In this document: positions 15,997 to 25,640 of the stretch, piece after piece | How the letters are laid out: the number at the start of each line of letters is the position of its first letter | How positions within the stretch are numbered: the first letter of the stretch is position 1 | NCBI GenBank assembly: GCA_035510575.1 | Contig: DATKGV010000006.1 | Span: 1 to 62,319, forward strand | Reading direction: 5' to 3' | DNA from: Minisyncoccota bacterium | Lineage (GTDB): Bacteria; Patescibacteriota; Minisyncoccia; Phycocordibacterales; UBA9973 | Length of the DNA stretch: 62,319 bases | Notes under the pieces: generated by a model | Databases searched by the model: none | Seen by the model: only the letters and a program-made list of their open reading frames with translations | What the model was told of the DNA's origin: nothing | Position numbers and translations under genes: made by a program

Positions 15997-17820
15997 ATGA
16001 AACATCTAATATTTAAAAAATCTGTTTTGTTTTCCATATTATTTTTAATGCTCTTTTCTGTTTCTATTGCTTATGCATCTACTCCTACTTTGTCGGTTTC
16101 GCCTATTGGCGACGGAGATTCCGTGCAAGTGAATGTTACCGGCGATTCAAATCAAAGTGTTATATTGTTCTACACGAAATCAGGCACTGGACCAACACTT
16201 ACTGCAATCGGCGCTACAAATGCAAATGGCATACTTTCAACCGCAGTAAGTTCCTCTCAAAATGGAATTGTTTCAAATAGTTTAGTCTATGTGGCCACTG
16301 GAGGTGTTAGCGGTTCGCAATCAGCTACAGTAGCATGGCCTTCGGTCTCATCGCTAATTTCAAGTAGTAATATGCTTTCCTTAAGTCAGACTGGTCTTGT
16401 TCTTTCAATCGGACAATCAATTACGATTACGGCAAGCAATCTTAATTCAAGTTCTTTATATCAATCAAGCAATTCAAATCCGCAAATTGCCAATTTTAGC
16501 ATTAGCGGATCTCAGATTACAGTTACAGGAAATAGTTATGGTTCTACAACAGGAACGTTTTGCTTAATAAGCAACACTTCAAATTGCTCGAGCGTTTATG
16601 TTATCGTTCAAAATTCAAATGCTCAGCCGTTAACCTTTAGTCAAAGTAGTATTTCTTTATCTTCTGGACAAACTGTTTCTATACAAATTTCTGGAGGGTC
16701 TGGATCTTATTCAGTGCTTAATAATTCAAGTCAAAATAACGGTTTGGTGACAACAAGTATTTCAGGATCAACAATTACTTTAACAACAACAAGTACGACA
16801 GGTTCTTCTTCTATTACTGTATGTTCAGCAAATATGACATCCTGCGGAATTATTAATGTGACTATCGGCAATGCAGTTTCTTCTGTTATCTCATTTAGTC
16901 AAACTAATCCGACGGTAACAGTAGGGCAGAGTTTAAATATAAGCATATTTGGCCCAACAAATAGTTTGTTTTATGTTTCTTCAAGTTCAAATCCAAGCAT
17001 TGTGCAAGCAAATTTATCCGCTTCTACGTTAACGCTTCTTGGGATTGCCAACGGTTCTTCCACGATAAATGTTTGCGTATCACCAAGCAATTGCGGATCA
17101 CTAACTGTGACAGTAAATTCAAATTCCACTAATGGCGGAGCTTTGGTATTAAGCCAAGATGTTATAACTCTTTCAGTTGGGCAGACAAGCAGTATTACAA
17201 TTTCTGGAGGGTCTATGCCTTATAATATTCTTTCAACGGCAAATAATATTTTTCAACCTACGTTAAATACCAATATTCTTACATTATATGGCATTGGCGC
17301 TGGTTCTGGAGCAATGAATGTATGTTCTTCTTATGGAAGTTGCGCCACTATTTCCGTGACAGTAATAAATGGATCTTCAACTTCTATATTGCCTGCTGGC
17401 TGTTCTTCAACATCAGGGTACAGTCAAACGACGGGCCAGCTTTGCAGTTCCATGCCCGGCGCGATAACGCCGGTTGCTATTCCATCGGATTGCACCGGAG
17501 CACTATACAGTATTTCTACAGGCCAAGCTTGTCCAACGAGCACAATAACTCAAGCTGCCCAGCCTGCCGTTGTTTCTACACCTACACCAAAAATCGTTGC
17601 AGCAATTTCTGAATTTACAAAGTCGCTTAAATTAGGTTCTACTGGAACAGAAGTCATATCTCTGCAAAAGAAATTAAAAACCTTAGGATTTTATGCAGGC
17701 AAAATTGACGGAGGATTTGGATCTGCCACCAAGAAGGCAGTCAAAGCATTTCAGAAAGCCCACAAGCTTCCTCAAGTCGGCAGTGTCGGTCCAAGCACCA
17801 GAGCGTTGCTGAATAAATAG
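15997..17820 (+). CDS. Secreted S/T-rich protein with ~5 Ig-like repeats and a C-terminal peptidoglycan-binding domain
   Basis: Signal peptide. Repeating ~80-aa units (L.xSQ...GQ...I..SG...paired Cys...V). C-terminus LKLGSTGTEVISLQKKLKTLGFYAGKIDGGFGSATKKAVKAFQ (PG_binding_1-like). Confidence 0.7.
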   Translation: MKHLIFKKSVLFSILFLMLFSVSIAYASTPTLSVSPIGDGDSVQVNVTGDSNQSVILFYTKSGTGPTLTAIGATNANGILSTAVSSSQNGIVSNSLVYVATGGVSGSQSATVAWPSVSSLISSSNMLSLSQTGLVLSIGQSITITASNLNSSSLYQSSNSNPQIANFSISGSQITVTGNSYGSTTGTFCLISNTSNCSSVYVIVQNSNAQPLTFSQSSISLSSGQTVSIQISGGSGSYSVLNNSSQNNGLVTTSISGSTITLTTTSTTGSSSITVCSANMTSCGIINVTIGNAVSSVISFSQTNPTVTVGQSLNISIFGPTNSLFYVSSSSNPSIVQANLSASTLTLLGIANGSSTINVCVSPSNCGSLTVTVNSNSTNGGALVLSQDVITLSVGQTSSITISGGSMPYNILSTANNIFQPTLNTNILTLYGIGAGSGAMNVCSSYGSCATISVTVINGSSTSILPAGCSSTSGYSQTTGQLCSSMPGAITPVAIPSDCTGALYSISTGQACPTSTITQAAQPAVVSTPTPKIVAAISEFTKSLKLGSTGTEVISLQKKLKTLGFYAGKIDGGFGSATKKAVKAFQKAHKLPQVGSVGPSTRALLNK

Positions 17821-17864
17821 TGATTATGCGCCGAGGCGGCTGGAACGTATGATATAATCAGCGT

Positions 17865-18596
17865 ATGCCTAGAATAATTCACGGTTTTCATTTAACCAGA
17901 AAAAGAAAGCATAGAATAACGACTGGCTTGATTTTGTTCGTTATCCTGATAATTATTTTAACCATCAGCGTTTCCGCCGGCAGCTCCATAGGCCAGCTCT
18001 TAAGCGCCCTCTCGATTTCTCTTTTTCGCCTTGTTGTTGCTTATATCATATCTCTCATAATTGCCGCGATAATCGCTGTTTTGGTAAGCGACAATAAAAT
18101 CGGCGATTCGCTGATTCCTGTTTTTGATTTGATGCAGAACCTTCCATCTTTCGCCCTGATTCCCATCTTTGTCCTCTGGCTTGGCTACACGAATCTGATG
18201 ACAATTATTTTTGCCACCACATCCATTTTGTGGCCGATACTTTTTTATATGCTCCATGCCTTAAAGACAGTCAATAAGGACGAAGAAGACGCCGCCAAAA
18301 TATTTGGAGCCAGAGGATTAAAAAAGATTTTATTTTTTTCATTGCCGGTCGCTTTTCCTTCGGCCGTTACCGGCTCTATTGTCGGTTTCAGCATCGGCTG
18401 GGAAGCTATTATCGGCGTGGAGATAATCGGACTTTCCTCCGGCATCGGCCCGTTCCTCAATGCTTCCTCCGGCATCGGCAATTATAACAAAACCCTGATT
18501 TTAGGAATTTCAGCTTTGCTTTTGGTTGTATTTTTAATCAACAGATTGGTCTGGATGCCGCTTCTTAAAAAATCTCAATTATATGCAGAACAATAA
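17865..18596 (+). CDS. ABC transporter permease (nitrate/sulfonate/taurine-type)
   Basis: Multi-TM protein with an EAA-like loop EEDAAKIFGARGLKKILFFSLP. Overlaps the ATPase gene. Confidence 0.75.
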   Translation: MPRIIHGFHLTRKRKHRITTGLILFVILIIILTISVSAGSSIGQLLSALSISLFRLVVAYIISLIIAAIIAVLVSDNKIGDSLIPVFDLMQNLPSFALIPIFVLWLGYTNLMTIIFATTSILWPILFYMLHALKTVNKDEEDAAKIFGARGLKKILFFSLPVAFPSAVTGSIVGFSIGWEAIIGVEIIGLSSGIGPFLNASSGIGNYNKTLILGISALLLVVFLINRLVWMPLLKKSQLYAEQ

Positions 18597-19323
18597 AGAA
18601 ACAATCATATCGACTTCAAATATTTTTTACACGTATTTAAATGAAGAATCCGGCGAGCATTTCAATGTTCTTAGAGATATTTCGTTAAGCGTCAATTCTG
18701 GGGAATTTGTTTCTTTAGTCGGGCCGTCCGGTTGCGGCAAGTCAACGCTTTTAAGAATTCTTTCCGGCTTAACAAAAGCAAAAAGGGGGAATGTCATTTC
18801 CAAAACAAAAAAGATAGCCATGGTTTTCCAAAACTTCGCTCTTTTCCCATGGCTCTCAGTCAAGGAAAATATTGAATTCGGCTTGAAGATGGAAGGAATC
18901 AAAAAAATAGAAAGGGAAAAGATTGTCGCGGAGAAAATCAGGGAAGTCGGACTTTCCGGTTTTGAAAATAAATATCCGGTTGAACTTTCCGGCGGAATGA
19001 AGCAAAGAGTCGGCATTGCCAGAGCTCTGGCTGTCAGCCCTGACCTCTTGTTGATGGACGAGCCGTTTTCAAGCCTGGATGTTCTGACTGCCGAGAAATT
19101 GCGCGCTGAACTTTTGGATATTTGGCTGAAATACAAGGTGACTATAATTATGGTTACTCATTTGGTTGAAGAAGCGGTGGAACTTTCTGACAGGATTTTT
19201 GTCTTTGCTCCAAGGCCGACTTTTATAAAAGACGTTATTGAAGTGAGAATCCCGCGGCCTCGCAACGAAAGATCGAAGGAGTATTACGATTTGGTTGATA
19301 AAATCGCCAAGCAGATAGAATAG
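18583..19323 (+). CDS. ABC transporter ATP-binding protein
   Basis: GPSGCGKST (Walker A), LSGGMKQR (signature), LLLMDEPFSSLD (Walker B). Confidence 0.9.
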   Translation: MQNNKETIISTSNIFYTYLNEESGEHFNVLRDISLSVNSGEFVSLVGPSGCGKSTLLRILSGLTKAKRGNVISKTKKIAMVFQNFALFPWLSVKENIEFGLKMEGIKKIEREKIVAEKIREVGLSGFENKYPVELSGGMKQRVGIARALAVSPDLLLMDEPFSSLDVLTAEKLRAELLDIWLKYKVTIIMVTHLVEEAVELSDRIFVFAPRPTFIKDVIEVRIPRPRNERSKEYYDLVDKIAKQIE

Positions 19324-19373
19324 ATTTATTAAAAATATGTTTTATGTAACAAAAAAATGTTATTATATGCGGT

Positions 19374-20471
19374 ATGAATAAAATTTTTATTTTGCTGGCG
19401 GTTATTTTTGCTCTTTTATTTTTACAAGCGAAAAATACGGAAGCAAGCTATCACTTTTCAGATTATCGGGGCAGGCCGCCAATTCACATTTATGGCGGGA
19501 CGACAAAAAAACCGAACGGCCTTTCGCCTGCGCAAATAAAAAGCGCTTACAATCTTCCATCTTCCGGCGGCAAGGGCGCGATTGTCATTATCGGCGCCTA
19601 TGATGACAAGACCATTGAAAAAGATCTTAATGATTTCAGCGCGGAATTCAATCTGCCTTCATGTACGGCAGCAAACGGATGTTTTGAAAAGCATAAAATG
19701 GCAAGCGCCGTGAAAAGCGACAGCGGTTGGGCGATGGAAACTTCATTGGATATAGAGTGGGCGCATGCGATAGCTCCGCAGGCAAAAATTCTTTTGGTTG
19801 AAGCTACAACTCCGTCCGGAGCAAATTTATTGAAAGCGGTTGATTACGCTGCCAGCCGAAAAGACGCGAGCGCGATTTCCATGAGCTGGGGCGGAGCTGA
19901 ATTTCCTGAAGAACTTTCTCTTGATTCGCATTTCAACAGCGTCTCCGGCGCGCCATTCTTCGCTTCATCGGGAGATAATGGAGCGGGAGCTTCGTGGCCG
20001 GCATCATCTCCTGATGTCATAGGCGTCGGCGGAACTTCAATTTCTTTCAAGGCAAATGGAAGCTTCAATAAAGAAACAGCTTGGTCTGGAAGCGGCGGCG
20101 GAGTGAGCGCTTATGAAAAAGAACCCGTTTATCAAAATGGATATTCAATAACGAAAGCAAATGGAATGCGGGCAATTCCCGATGTGTCTTATAATGCCGA
20201 TCCGGTTTCTGGTTTCTCAATTATAAAAAATGGCAGATGGTATGTAGTAGGCGGGACTTCCGCTGGCGCTCCGCAATGGGCGGGCATAACGGCGCTTGGC
20301 AGCGGAATAAAAAATGATCAGCTTTATGCCGACAAAACCGGAGGGAATAACGCAAAATATTTTCGCGATATTACCAGCGGTTCAAACGGCGACTGCAAAT
20401 ATTATTGCGATGCTCGCAAGCATTACGATTATATTACCGGTCTCGGCAGCCCTTTGACCGTTAATTTTTAA
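19374..20471 (+). CDS. Secreted serine peptidase, sedolisin (S53)/subtilase-like
   Basis: Signal peptide. SLDIEWAHAIAP, SMSWGG and GGTSAGAPQWAG (catalytic Ser context). Confidence 0.65.
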   Translation: MNKIFILLAVIFALLFLQAKNTEASYHFSDYRGRPPIHIYGGTTKKPNGLSPAQIKSAYNLPSSGGKGAIVIIGAYDDKTIEKDLNDFSAEFNLPSCTAANGCFEKHKMASAVKSDSGWAMETSLDIEWAHAIAPQAKILLVEATTPSGANLLKAVDYAASRKDASAISMSWGGAEFPEELSLDSHFNSVSGAPFFASSGDNGAGASWPASSPDVIGVGGTSISFKANGSFNKETAWSGSGGGVSAYEKEPVYQNGYSITKANGMRAIPDVSYNADPVSGFSIIKNGRWYVVGGTSAGAPQWAGITALGSGIKNDQLYADKTGGNNAKYFRDITSGSNGDCKYYCDARKHYDYITGLGSPLTVNF

Positions 20472-20474
20472 AAA

Positions 20475-21302
20475 ATGAAAAAAATAAAAATCCTATTTGA
20501 AGACAAGAACTTGCTGGCGCTTGATAAGCCGGCCGGCATTGCTGTCCACGCGGATGCCAAAAATTTTAAGCAGAAAACAATCGCTGATTTCATCATCAAG
20601 CATGACAAATCTATCGCCGATGTCGGCGAGCCAATGACTGCGGAGTATAAGGGCAAAGAGATTAAGATAAAACGCCCTGGCATTGTGCATCGATTGGACA
20701 AAGAAACGTCGGGAGTGTTGCTTGTCGCCAAAAATCAAAAGACCTTCAATTTCTTGAAAGAACAATTTCAAAATCATTCTATCCAGAAAGTTTATCGAAT
20801 GTTCGTTTATGGTTTTGTGTCTGATCCCAAGGCCTCGCTTCTGACTGGAAAGCGGGGAGTGATAAATGCGCCGATTGGCAGAAGCCCGAATGATATTCGC
20901 ATGTGGACGGCAGGCCGTGGAGCGCGCGAACCGGTTCACGAAGCGGTGACTGAATACATAGTTTTAAATAGATTCAAAGACCCCTCCGCCTTTGGCACCT
21001 CCCCTTCAAAGGGGAGGAAAGACGAGACAAATTTCTCTTATATTGAGGCATATCCGAAAACCGGCCGGACTCACCAGATACGCGTGCATATGCGCTACAT
21101 CAACCACCCAATAGTTTCTGATCCGCTTTATCGCGGAGAAAAAGATTTGGCGCTTGGCATGAAGCGCTTGGCGCTTCATGCCTTATCTATAACTTTCCGC
21201 ATGCCTAATGGCGAATTAAAGACAGTTGCGTCGCCACTGCCGGCAGATTTTAAAAAAGTTATAAAAAAATATTTGCCTGCCGGCAAGAAAAATCTGAAAT
21301 AA
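20475..21302 (+). CDS. RluA-family pseudouridine synthase
   Basis: HRLDKETSGVLLVAK catalytic motif and HQIRVH. Confidence 0.85.
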   Translation: MKKIKILFEDKNLLALDKPAGIAVHADAKNFKQKTIADFIIKHDKSIADVGEPMTAEYKGKEIKIKRPGIVHRLDKETSGVLLVAKNQKTFNFLKEQFQNHSIQKVYRMFVYGFVSDPKASLLTGKRGVINAPIGRSPNDIRMWTAGRGAREPVHEAVTEYIVLNRFKDPSAFGTSPSKGRKDETNFSYIEAYPKTGRTHQIRVHMRYINHPIVSDPLYRGEKDLALGMKRLALHALSITFRMPNGELKTVASPLPADFKKVIKKYLPAGKKNLK

Positions 21303-21345
21303 AATATATTTGCTTAATATGGTTATTTATGCTAAAGTGGGCGCT

Positions 21346-21744
21346 ATGGAAAAAACTAAATTGCAATTTACCCCAGTAGAACAAGAATCGAGAAAAAAGC
21401 TTGATTTCAAAGCTGGTGATACTGTTCGAGTTTGGAGTAAGATTCAAGAAAAAGGAAAAACCCGTCTGCAGGCCTTTGAAGGCCTCGTTCTTGCTCGCAA
21501 GCATGGCGCTGAAAGCGGCGCGACGTTTACTATCCGCAAAGTTGCTTCAGGCGTGGGAGTGGAGCGCATCTTCCCATTATATTCTCCTAATATTGATAAG
21601 ATAGAAATAGTGCGAAAATCAAAAACTCGCCGAAACAAGCTTTATCATATACGCGCAAAGGCGGTCAAAGAAGTCAAGAAGCGACTAAAAAGCATTACGC
21701 TTTCAAAAGACGAATCAGCCGATGCGTCAACAAAAGAAGAATAA
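21346..21744 (+). CDS. rplS: 50S ribosomal protein L19
   Basis: FKAGDTVRVWSKIQEKGKTRLQAFEGLVLARK...ATFTIRK...GVERIFPLYSP. Confidence 0.9.
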   Translation: MEKTKLQFTPVEQESRKKLDFKAGDTVRVWSKIQEKGKTRLQAFEGLVLARKHGAESGATFTIRKVASGVGVERIFPLYSPNIDKIEIVRKSKTRRNKLYHIRAKAVKEVKKRLKSITLSKDESADASTKEE

Positions 21745-21748
21745 AATC

Positions 21749-21775
21749 AAAACCCGCACAGTGCGGGTTTTGTAT
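21749..21775 (+). terminator. Intrinsic terminator after rplS
   Basis: aaaacccgca-cag-tgcgggtttt. Confidence 0.7.
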
Positions 21776-21823
21776 TGGATTTAATTGGTAGACGCTATTA
21801 CATTGAGATGATATAATATACAT

Positions 21824-22498
21824 ATGGTTAAAAAAGGACCGAAACCAAAAAAGATTATAGATGAAACATGGAGGCCAAATTTAGCTTACGCAATCGGACT
21901 GATTGCTACTGATGGATGTTTATCTCATGACGGATTATTAATTGACTTAACATCAAAAGATAGAGAACAATTACTTAATTTTTCTAAATGTTTAGGTGTG
22001 AATTTTAATATAGGCACTAAAAAGAATAGTAGTGGACAGGAATGTTTAAGGATTCAATTTAAAAATAGATTTTTTTATGATTTTCTTTTATCTATTGGAT
22101 TAACTCCAAAAAAGTCATTAACAATGGGAGTGTTGGATATACCAGATAAATATTTCTTTGATTTTCTGCGTGGATGTTTTGATGGAGATGGAAGTTTTTA
22201 TTCTTATTGGGATAAAAGGTGGCGATCTAGTTTTATGTTCTACATAGAATTTATTTCTGCTAGTAAAAAGCATATTGATTGGTTAAGAAAAGAATTAAAA
22301 GATAGATTAAATATTTTTGGTCATATGGTAAAAGATGGGAAAAACAGCACATATCAACTTAAATATGCTAAAAAAGAATCTCTAGAAATTATTAAGAAAA
22401 TATACTATGATAGGGAAGTCATATGTTTGACTCGTAAAAGATTAAAGATAGAAAAAGCTTTAAAGATTAATCATAAACAGCAACAAACATACTCTTGA
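21824..22498 (+). CDS. Free-standing LAGLIDADG homing endonuclease (two-motif type)
   Basis: LAYAIGLIATDGCL and FLRGCFDGDGSF. TGATATAAT lies 6 nt upstream of the ATG. Confidence 0.85.
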   Translation: MVKKGPKPKKIIDETWRPNLAYAIGLIATDGCLSHDGLLIDLTSKDREQLLNFSKCLGVNFNIGTKKNSSGQECLRIQFKNRFFYDFLLSIGLTPKKSLTMGVLDIPDKYFFDFLRGCFDGDGSFYSYWDKRWRSSFMFYIEFISASKKHIDWLRKELKDRLNIFGHMVKDGKNSTYQLKYAKKESLEIIKKIYYDREVICLTRKRLKIEKALKINHKQQQTYS

Positions 22499-22507
22499 CG
22501 AAATCTT

Positions 22508-22590
22508 GCGCAGGTGTTGTAACGGTAGCCAAGCTGCCTTGAGGTGGCAGTGCCCGCAAGGGCGTGGAGGTTCAAGTCCTCTCCTGCGCA
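22508..22590 (+). tRNA. tRNA-Leu (anticodon GAG), long variable arm
   Basis: Acceptor gcgcagg/cctgcgc, anticodon arm ctgcc-ttGAGgt-ggcag, variable arm tgcccgcaagggcgt, T arm ggagg-ttcaagt-cctct. Confidence 0.85.
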
Positions 22591-22596
22591 CATTTA

Positions 22597-22621
22597 AAAA
22601 GCCGACATTTGTCGGCTTTTC
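22597..22621 (+). terminator. Intrinsic terminator after tRNA-Leu
   Basis: aaaagccgac-attt-gtcggctttt. Confidence 0.7.
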
Positions 22622-22636
22622 TTGTATAATGTTTAT

Positions 22637-23185
22637 ATGAATAAAGTTATTTTTGCAGGTGGATGCTTTTGGTGTGTAGAACATGATTTGCGTGAGGCAA
22701 ATGGTGTTATAAATGTAGTATCAGGATATACCGGAGGCGACGAATCAACTGCCACCTATGAGCAAGTTTCTTCACATGCAACAAAACACCGCGAAGCTGT
22801 GGAAGTAGAATATGATTCATTAAAGACATCATTCAAAAAGTTAACACAATTTTTCCTTGATCATATTGATCCGACTGATAATGGCGGACAATTTGGAGAC
22901 AGAGGTGAGAATTATCAAACAGTGATTTATTATAGTAGTGACGCAGAAAAAGAAATTGCTGAAGATTTACTAAAAGAATTAGATGAAAGTCATATGTACG
23001 ATAAGCCCCATGTAGTGAAAGTGGAAAAGGTCATGCCATTCTATAAAGCTGAAGAATATCATCAGCGATATGCAGAGAAGAATCCAGAAAAATATGAAGC
23101 ATATCATAAGGGTTCAGGTCGCGAGTATTTTGTGAATCGAACTTGCGCTATAAGAGAAGAGAAGCATATAATGTGGAAAGAATAA
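22637..23185 (+). CDS. msrA: Peptide methionine sulfoxide reductase MsrA
   Basis: GGCFWCVE active-site motif and GYTGG. TATAAT lies 6 nt upstream of ATG 22637. Confidence 0.9.
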   Translation: MNKVIFAGGCFWCVEHDLREANGVINVVSGYTGGDESTATYEQVSSHATKHREAVEVEYDSLKTSFKKLTQFFLDHIDPTDNGGQFGDRGENYQTVIYYSSDAEKEIAEDLLKELDESHMYDKPHVVKVEKVMPFYKAEEYHQRYAEKNPEKYEAYHKGSGREYFVNRTCAIREEKHIMWKE

Positions 23186-23189
23186 TTTT

Positions 23190-23495
23190 ATGCTATTAAT
23201 CTTACTTTACATTTTACAATGGATATCAATAATCATATTGCTTGCAGTATTTATAATGCTTTTCTTGTGGATGTGGAATCTTATAAAAGAAAGAGTTCCA
23301 TTTTTCTCAGTGCCAAATTTCACACTCAAAGATATTTACAAAGAACTTAATATAAAAGATGACAGCGTATTATATGATCTTGGCTGTGGCGATGGGCAAG
23401 TGTTTTTTTATTTAAATAAATTGATCTTGATAGGAACAAATACTAGCTTGCGCGCAAGCTATGCATCTATTAATTTTGAACATAAGTTGTTATAA
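23190..23495 (+). CDS. Short membrane-anchored fragment with only SAM-MTase motif I (probably truncated)
   Basis: An N-terminal TM helix, then LYDLGCGDGQV. The ORF stops ~30 aa later without the rest of a methyltransferase fold. Confidence 0.35.
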   Translation: MLLILLYILQWISIIILLAVFIMLFLWMWNLIKERVPFFSVPNFTLKDIYKELNIKDDSVLYDLGCGDGQVFFYLNKLILIGTNTSLRASYASINFEHKLL

Positions 23496-23503
23496 TACAA
23501 TGT

Positions 23504-25636
23504 ATGATAACTGAAGATTTAATCGCTTATATACAGTCGCAAGCCAAGAAGAATATTTCTAGAGATGAAATCGCATCGCGCCTTGCGGAAGCCGGCTGGC
23601 ATGATGATGACATAAAAGAAGCTCTTGATAAAATAATAACAGCAGCTCCCGTTGCCGCGCCTGCCCTTGATATTTCTCCCGATAAAATTGAGGAACCCAA
23701 AAAAGAATTTGATCCTTATCGAGAATTGCCGGAAATTGCAAAGATTGACGTTGCCACTCCAATCACGGGTAAAACCGAATCTCCTAAAATAGAATTGCCA
23801 AAAACGGAATCGCCGAAAGTATGGACTCCCATGGCTGTGAAGCCCCAGCCCGACAAAGTCATTCTGGCAGGAAAGGTTGTTGAACCGCCTCCGGTTATAA
23901 ATGCGAATCCGCAAGCTGTAAAAGTTGAAACCCCGATTGCCAATCAGCCAGCCATAAAAAAAGAAATACCGGTAATTTCCGTAAAGAATAATTTGGAAAT
24001 CCGCAATGAAGAAATTTCCTCACCGCAAAAAACAGCGTCGGAAATTCCGCCGTTGCCAGCTTCACCCGCAATCCCACCAGCACCTTCAATGATTACAAAA
24101 CCGGCAATGTCTGAGATGAAAATCAAATCAGAAGCGCCGCCGCCTGATAATCTACCTAAAATCGCAATGACGGCTTCTTACGCGCAGGATGTGCTTTCCG
24201 CAAGCAAAACAGAAAAAGAATCGAATCAGAATAGGAAAAAAATATTCGTAAAACTGCTGATTATCATAGCTGCAATTATTGTTATGGGCGGAACTTTTTT
24301 CGCTTTTGTGGAGGGCTATATAAAAATTCCAGTTTTTAAGATAAATCTGCTCTTGGTTAAGAAAGATCCAAAGGGCCTGCTTCTGAACACCTCTATCGCG
24401 CTTCGCGCTCTGAAATCATACAAAATAGAAACGAGTGCAACTATATCGTCTCCGTCATTTGCGAATATCACATCCGGCCTTGTCAGCGGAGAGGCCGTAA
24501 CTTCAACGGATAGAGATTTTATTTCAATCAACAGCCAAGGTTTGATCAATCAAAGCAATTCATCATCGCCATTGTCTGATTATGCCATGTCTATCAGCAG
24601 TTCCGTCTTGAAAGACAGCATTGCAACTGACTTGAAATATGACGGCAAAACGCTATTCGTAAATGTGCCCGACTTAAGCCAAATTTTAAACGGCAATTCT
24701 CCCGCATCCGGAGTGGTTGCGATCCCCAATGAGGATCTTGGCTTGATAGCAGGTTTATTCCCAAGCAGCTTGAAAGGCGATATATCAAAAATTGACATAT
24801 ATAAGGTTTTATTGAGCAGCGTAGCTTATTCTTCGAACGATCAGGTAAGCGCGGCTCTCGGCGAATTTGCCAATAGCGTCAGTTTTGTGGACAAGGGCAG
24901 TGAGAATATAAATAATCTGCCTACTTATCATTATGAAATAAATGCCGACAAACCAACGACTAAGAAATTCTTAACCGCTCTTTCTTATGTATTTGCGGTC
25001 AATCTTTCCGATAATAACAAAGCTAATTTGGATGACGTTCTAGGTTCTGCCAGCATTGATTCATTTGAAGTTTGGATAGGCAAGAATGACGATTATATCC
25101 ACAGATATAAATTCACTCTTTCCGTTCCTCTGTCGAAAGTTATAGGGCTTGCCGACAAAAGCATTGCCGATAACGAGGTCACGCTTGACTGGCAGACGAC
25201 CTATTATGATTTTGATGTTGCCAATGGCATAAAGATGCCGGAGAGTTCGATCAGCATCGCTGATTTTATTAAAAGCGTCAACGACATGAAAATTAAAAAT
25301 ACAATCTCATCATTCAGCTCCGCCGCAAGGAATTTGTTCAATGCTTACGGCAGTTATGGCAAGCGCTCCAATCTGTCAGGCAATTGCGCCAATCCCAATT
25401 CAGGTTCGTTATTCTCGCCTCTTGGCTATCCGAAGAGCGCAAGCACTCAAGTCGGGAACATAGCAAGCATCATGAATTCTCTTCTTGATGAGACCGGCAA
25501 TATTGCGTCTTGTTATTCAACTACTCGCGCATGGGCATTGGCCGGCGCGCTTTCCGACTCCAAACTATTCTGCGCTGACAGCGCCGGCGCTTCAAAAATA
25601 ATGGACGCTAAAATTACAGGCACTGTCTGCAAATAA
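23504..25636 (+). CDS. Large membrane-anchored protein with a proline-rich linker, unknown function
   Basis: 710-aa ORF: a small N-terminal domain, a P-rich region, one TM helix (LLIIIAAIIVMGGTFFAFV), and a large C-terminal domain. Confidence 0.6.
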   Translation: MITEDLIAYIQSQAKKNISRDEIASRLAEAGWHDDDIKEALDKIITAAPVAAPALDISPDKIEEPKKEFDPYRELPEIAKIDVATPITGKTESPKIELPKTESPKVWTPMAVKPQPDKVILAGKVVEPPPVINANPQAVKVETPIANQPAIKKEIPVISVKNNLEIRNEEISSPQKTASEIPPLPASPAIPPAPSMITKPAMSEMKIKSEAPPPDNLPKIAMTASYAQDVLSASKTEKESNQNRKKIFVKLLIIIAAIIVMGGTFFAFVEGYIKIPVFKINLLLVKKDPKGLLLNTSIALRALKSYKIETSATISSPSFANITSGLVSGEAVTSTDRDFISINSQGLINQSNSSSPLSDYAMSISSSVLKDSIATDLKYDGKTLFVNVPDLSQILNGNSPASGVVAIPNEDLGLIAGLFPSSLKGDISKIDIYKVLLSSVAYSSNDQVSAALGEFANSVSFVDKGSENINNLPTYHYEINADKPTTKKFLTALSYVFAVNLSDNNKANLDDVLGSASIDSFEVWIGKNDDYIHRYKFTLSVPLSKVIGLADKSIADNEVTLDWQTTYYDFDVANGIKMPESSISIADFIKSVNDMKIKNTISSFSSAARNLFNAYGSYGKRSNLSGNCANPNSGSLFSPLGYPKSASTQVGNIASIMNSLLDETGNIASCYSTTRAWALAGALSDSKLFCADSAGASKIMDAKITGTVCK

Positions 25637-25640
25637 TATT

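Noticed and set aside
18627-19136. Long antisense ORFs inside well-supported genes: 18627-19136, 20493-20939, 45608-46033, 46572-47018, 56462-57067 and 60170-60820
   Set aside because: Each lies entirely within a gene with unambiguous family motifs on the other strand (ABC ATPase, RluA, Pgk, RecJ, the Pro-repeat protein, EF-G). Their translations show no recognisable motifs.
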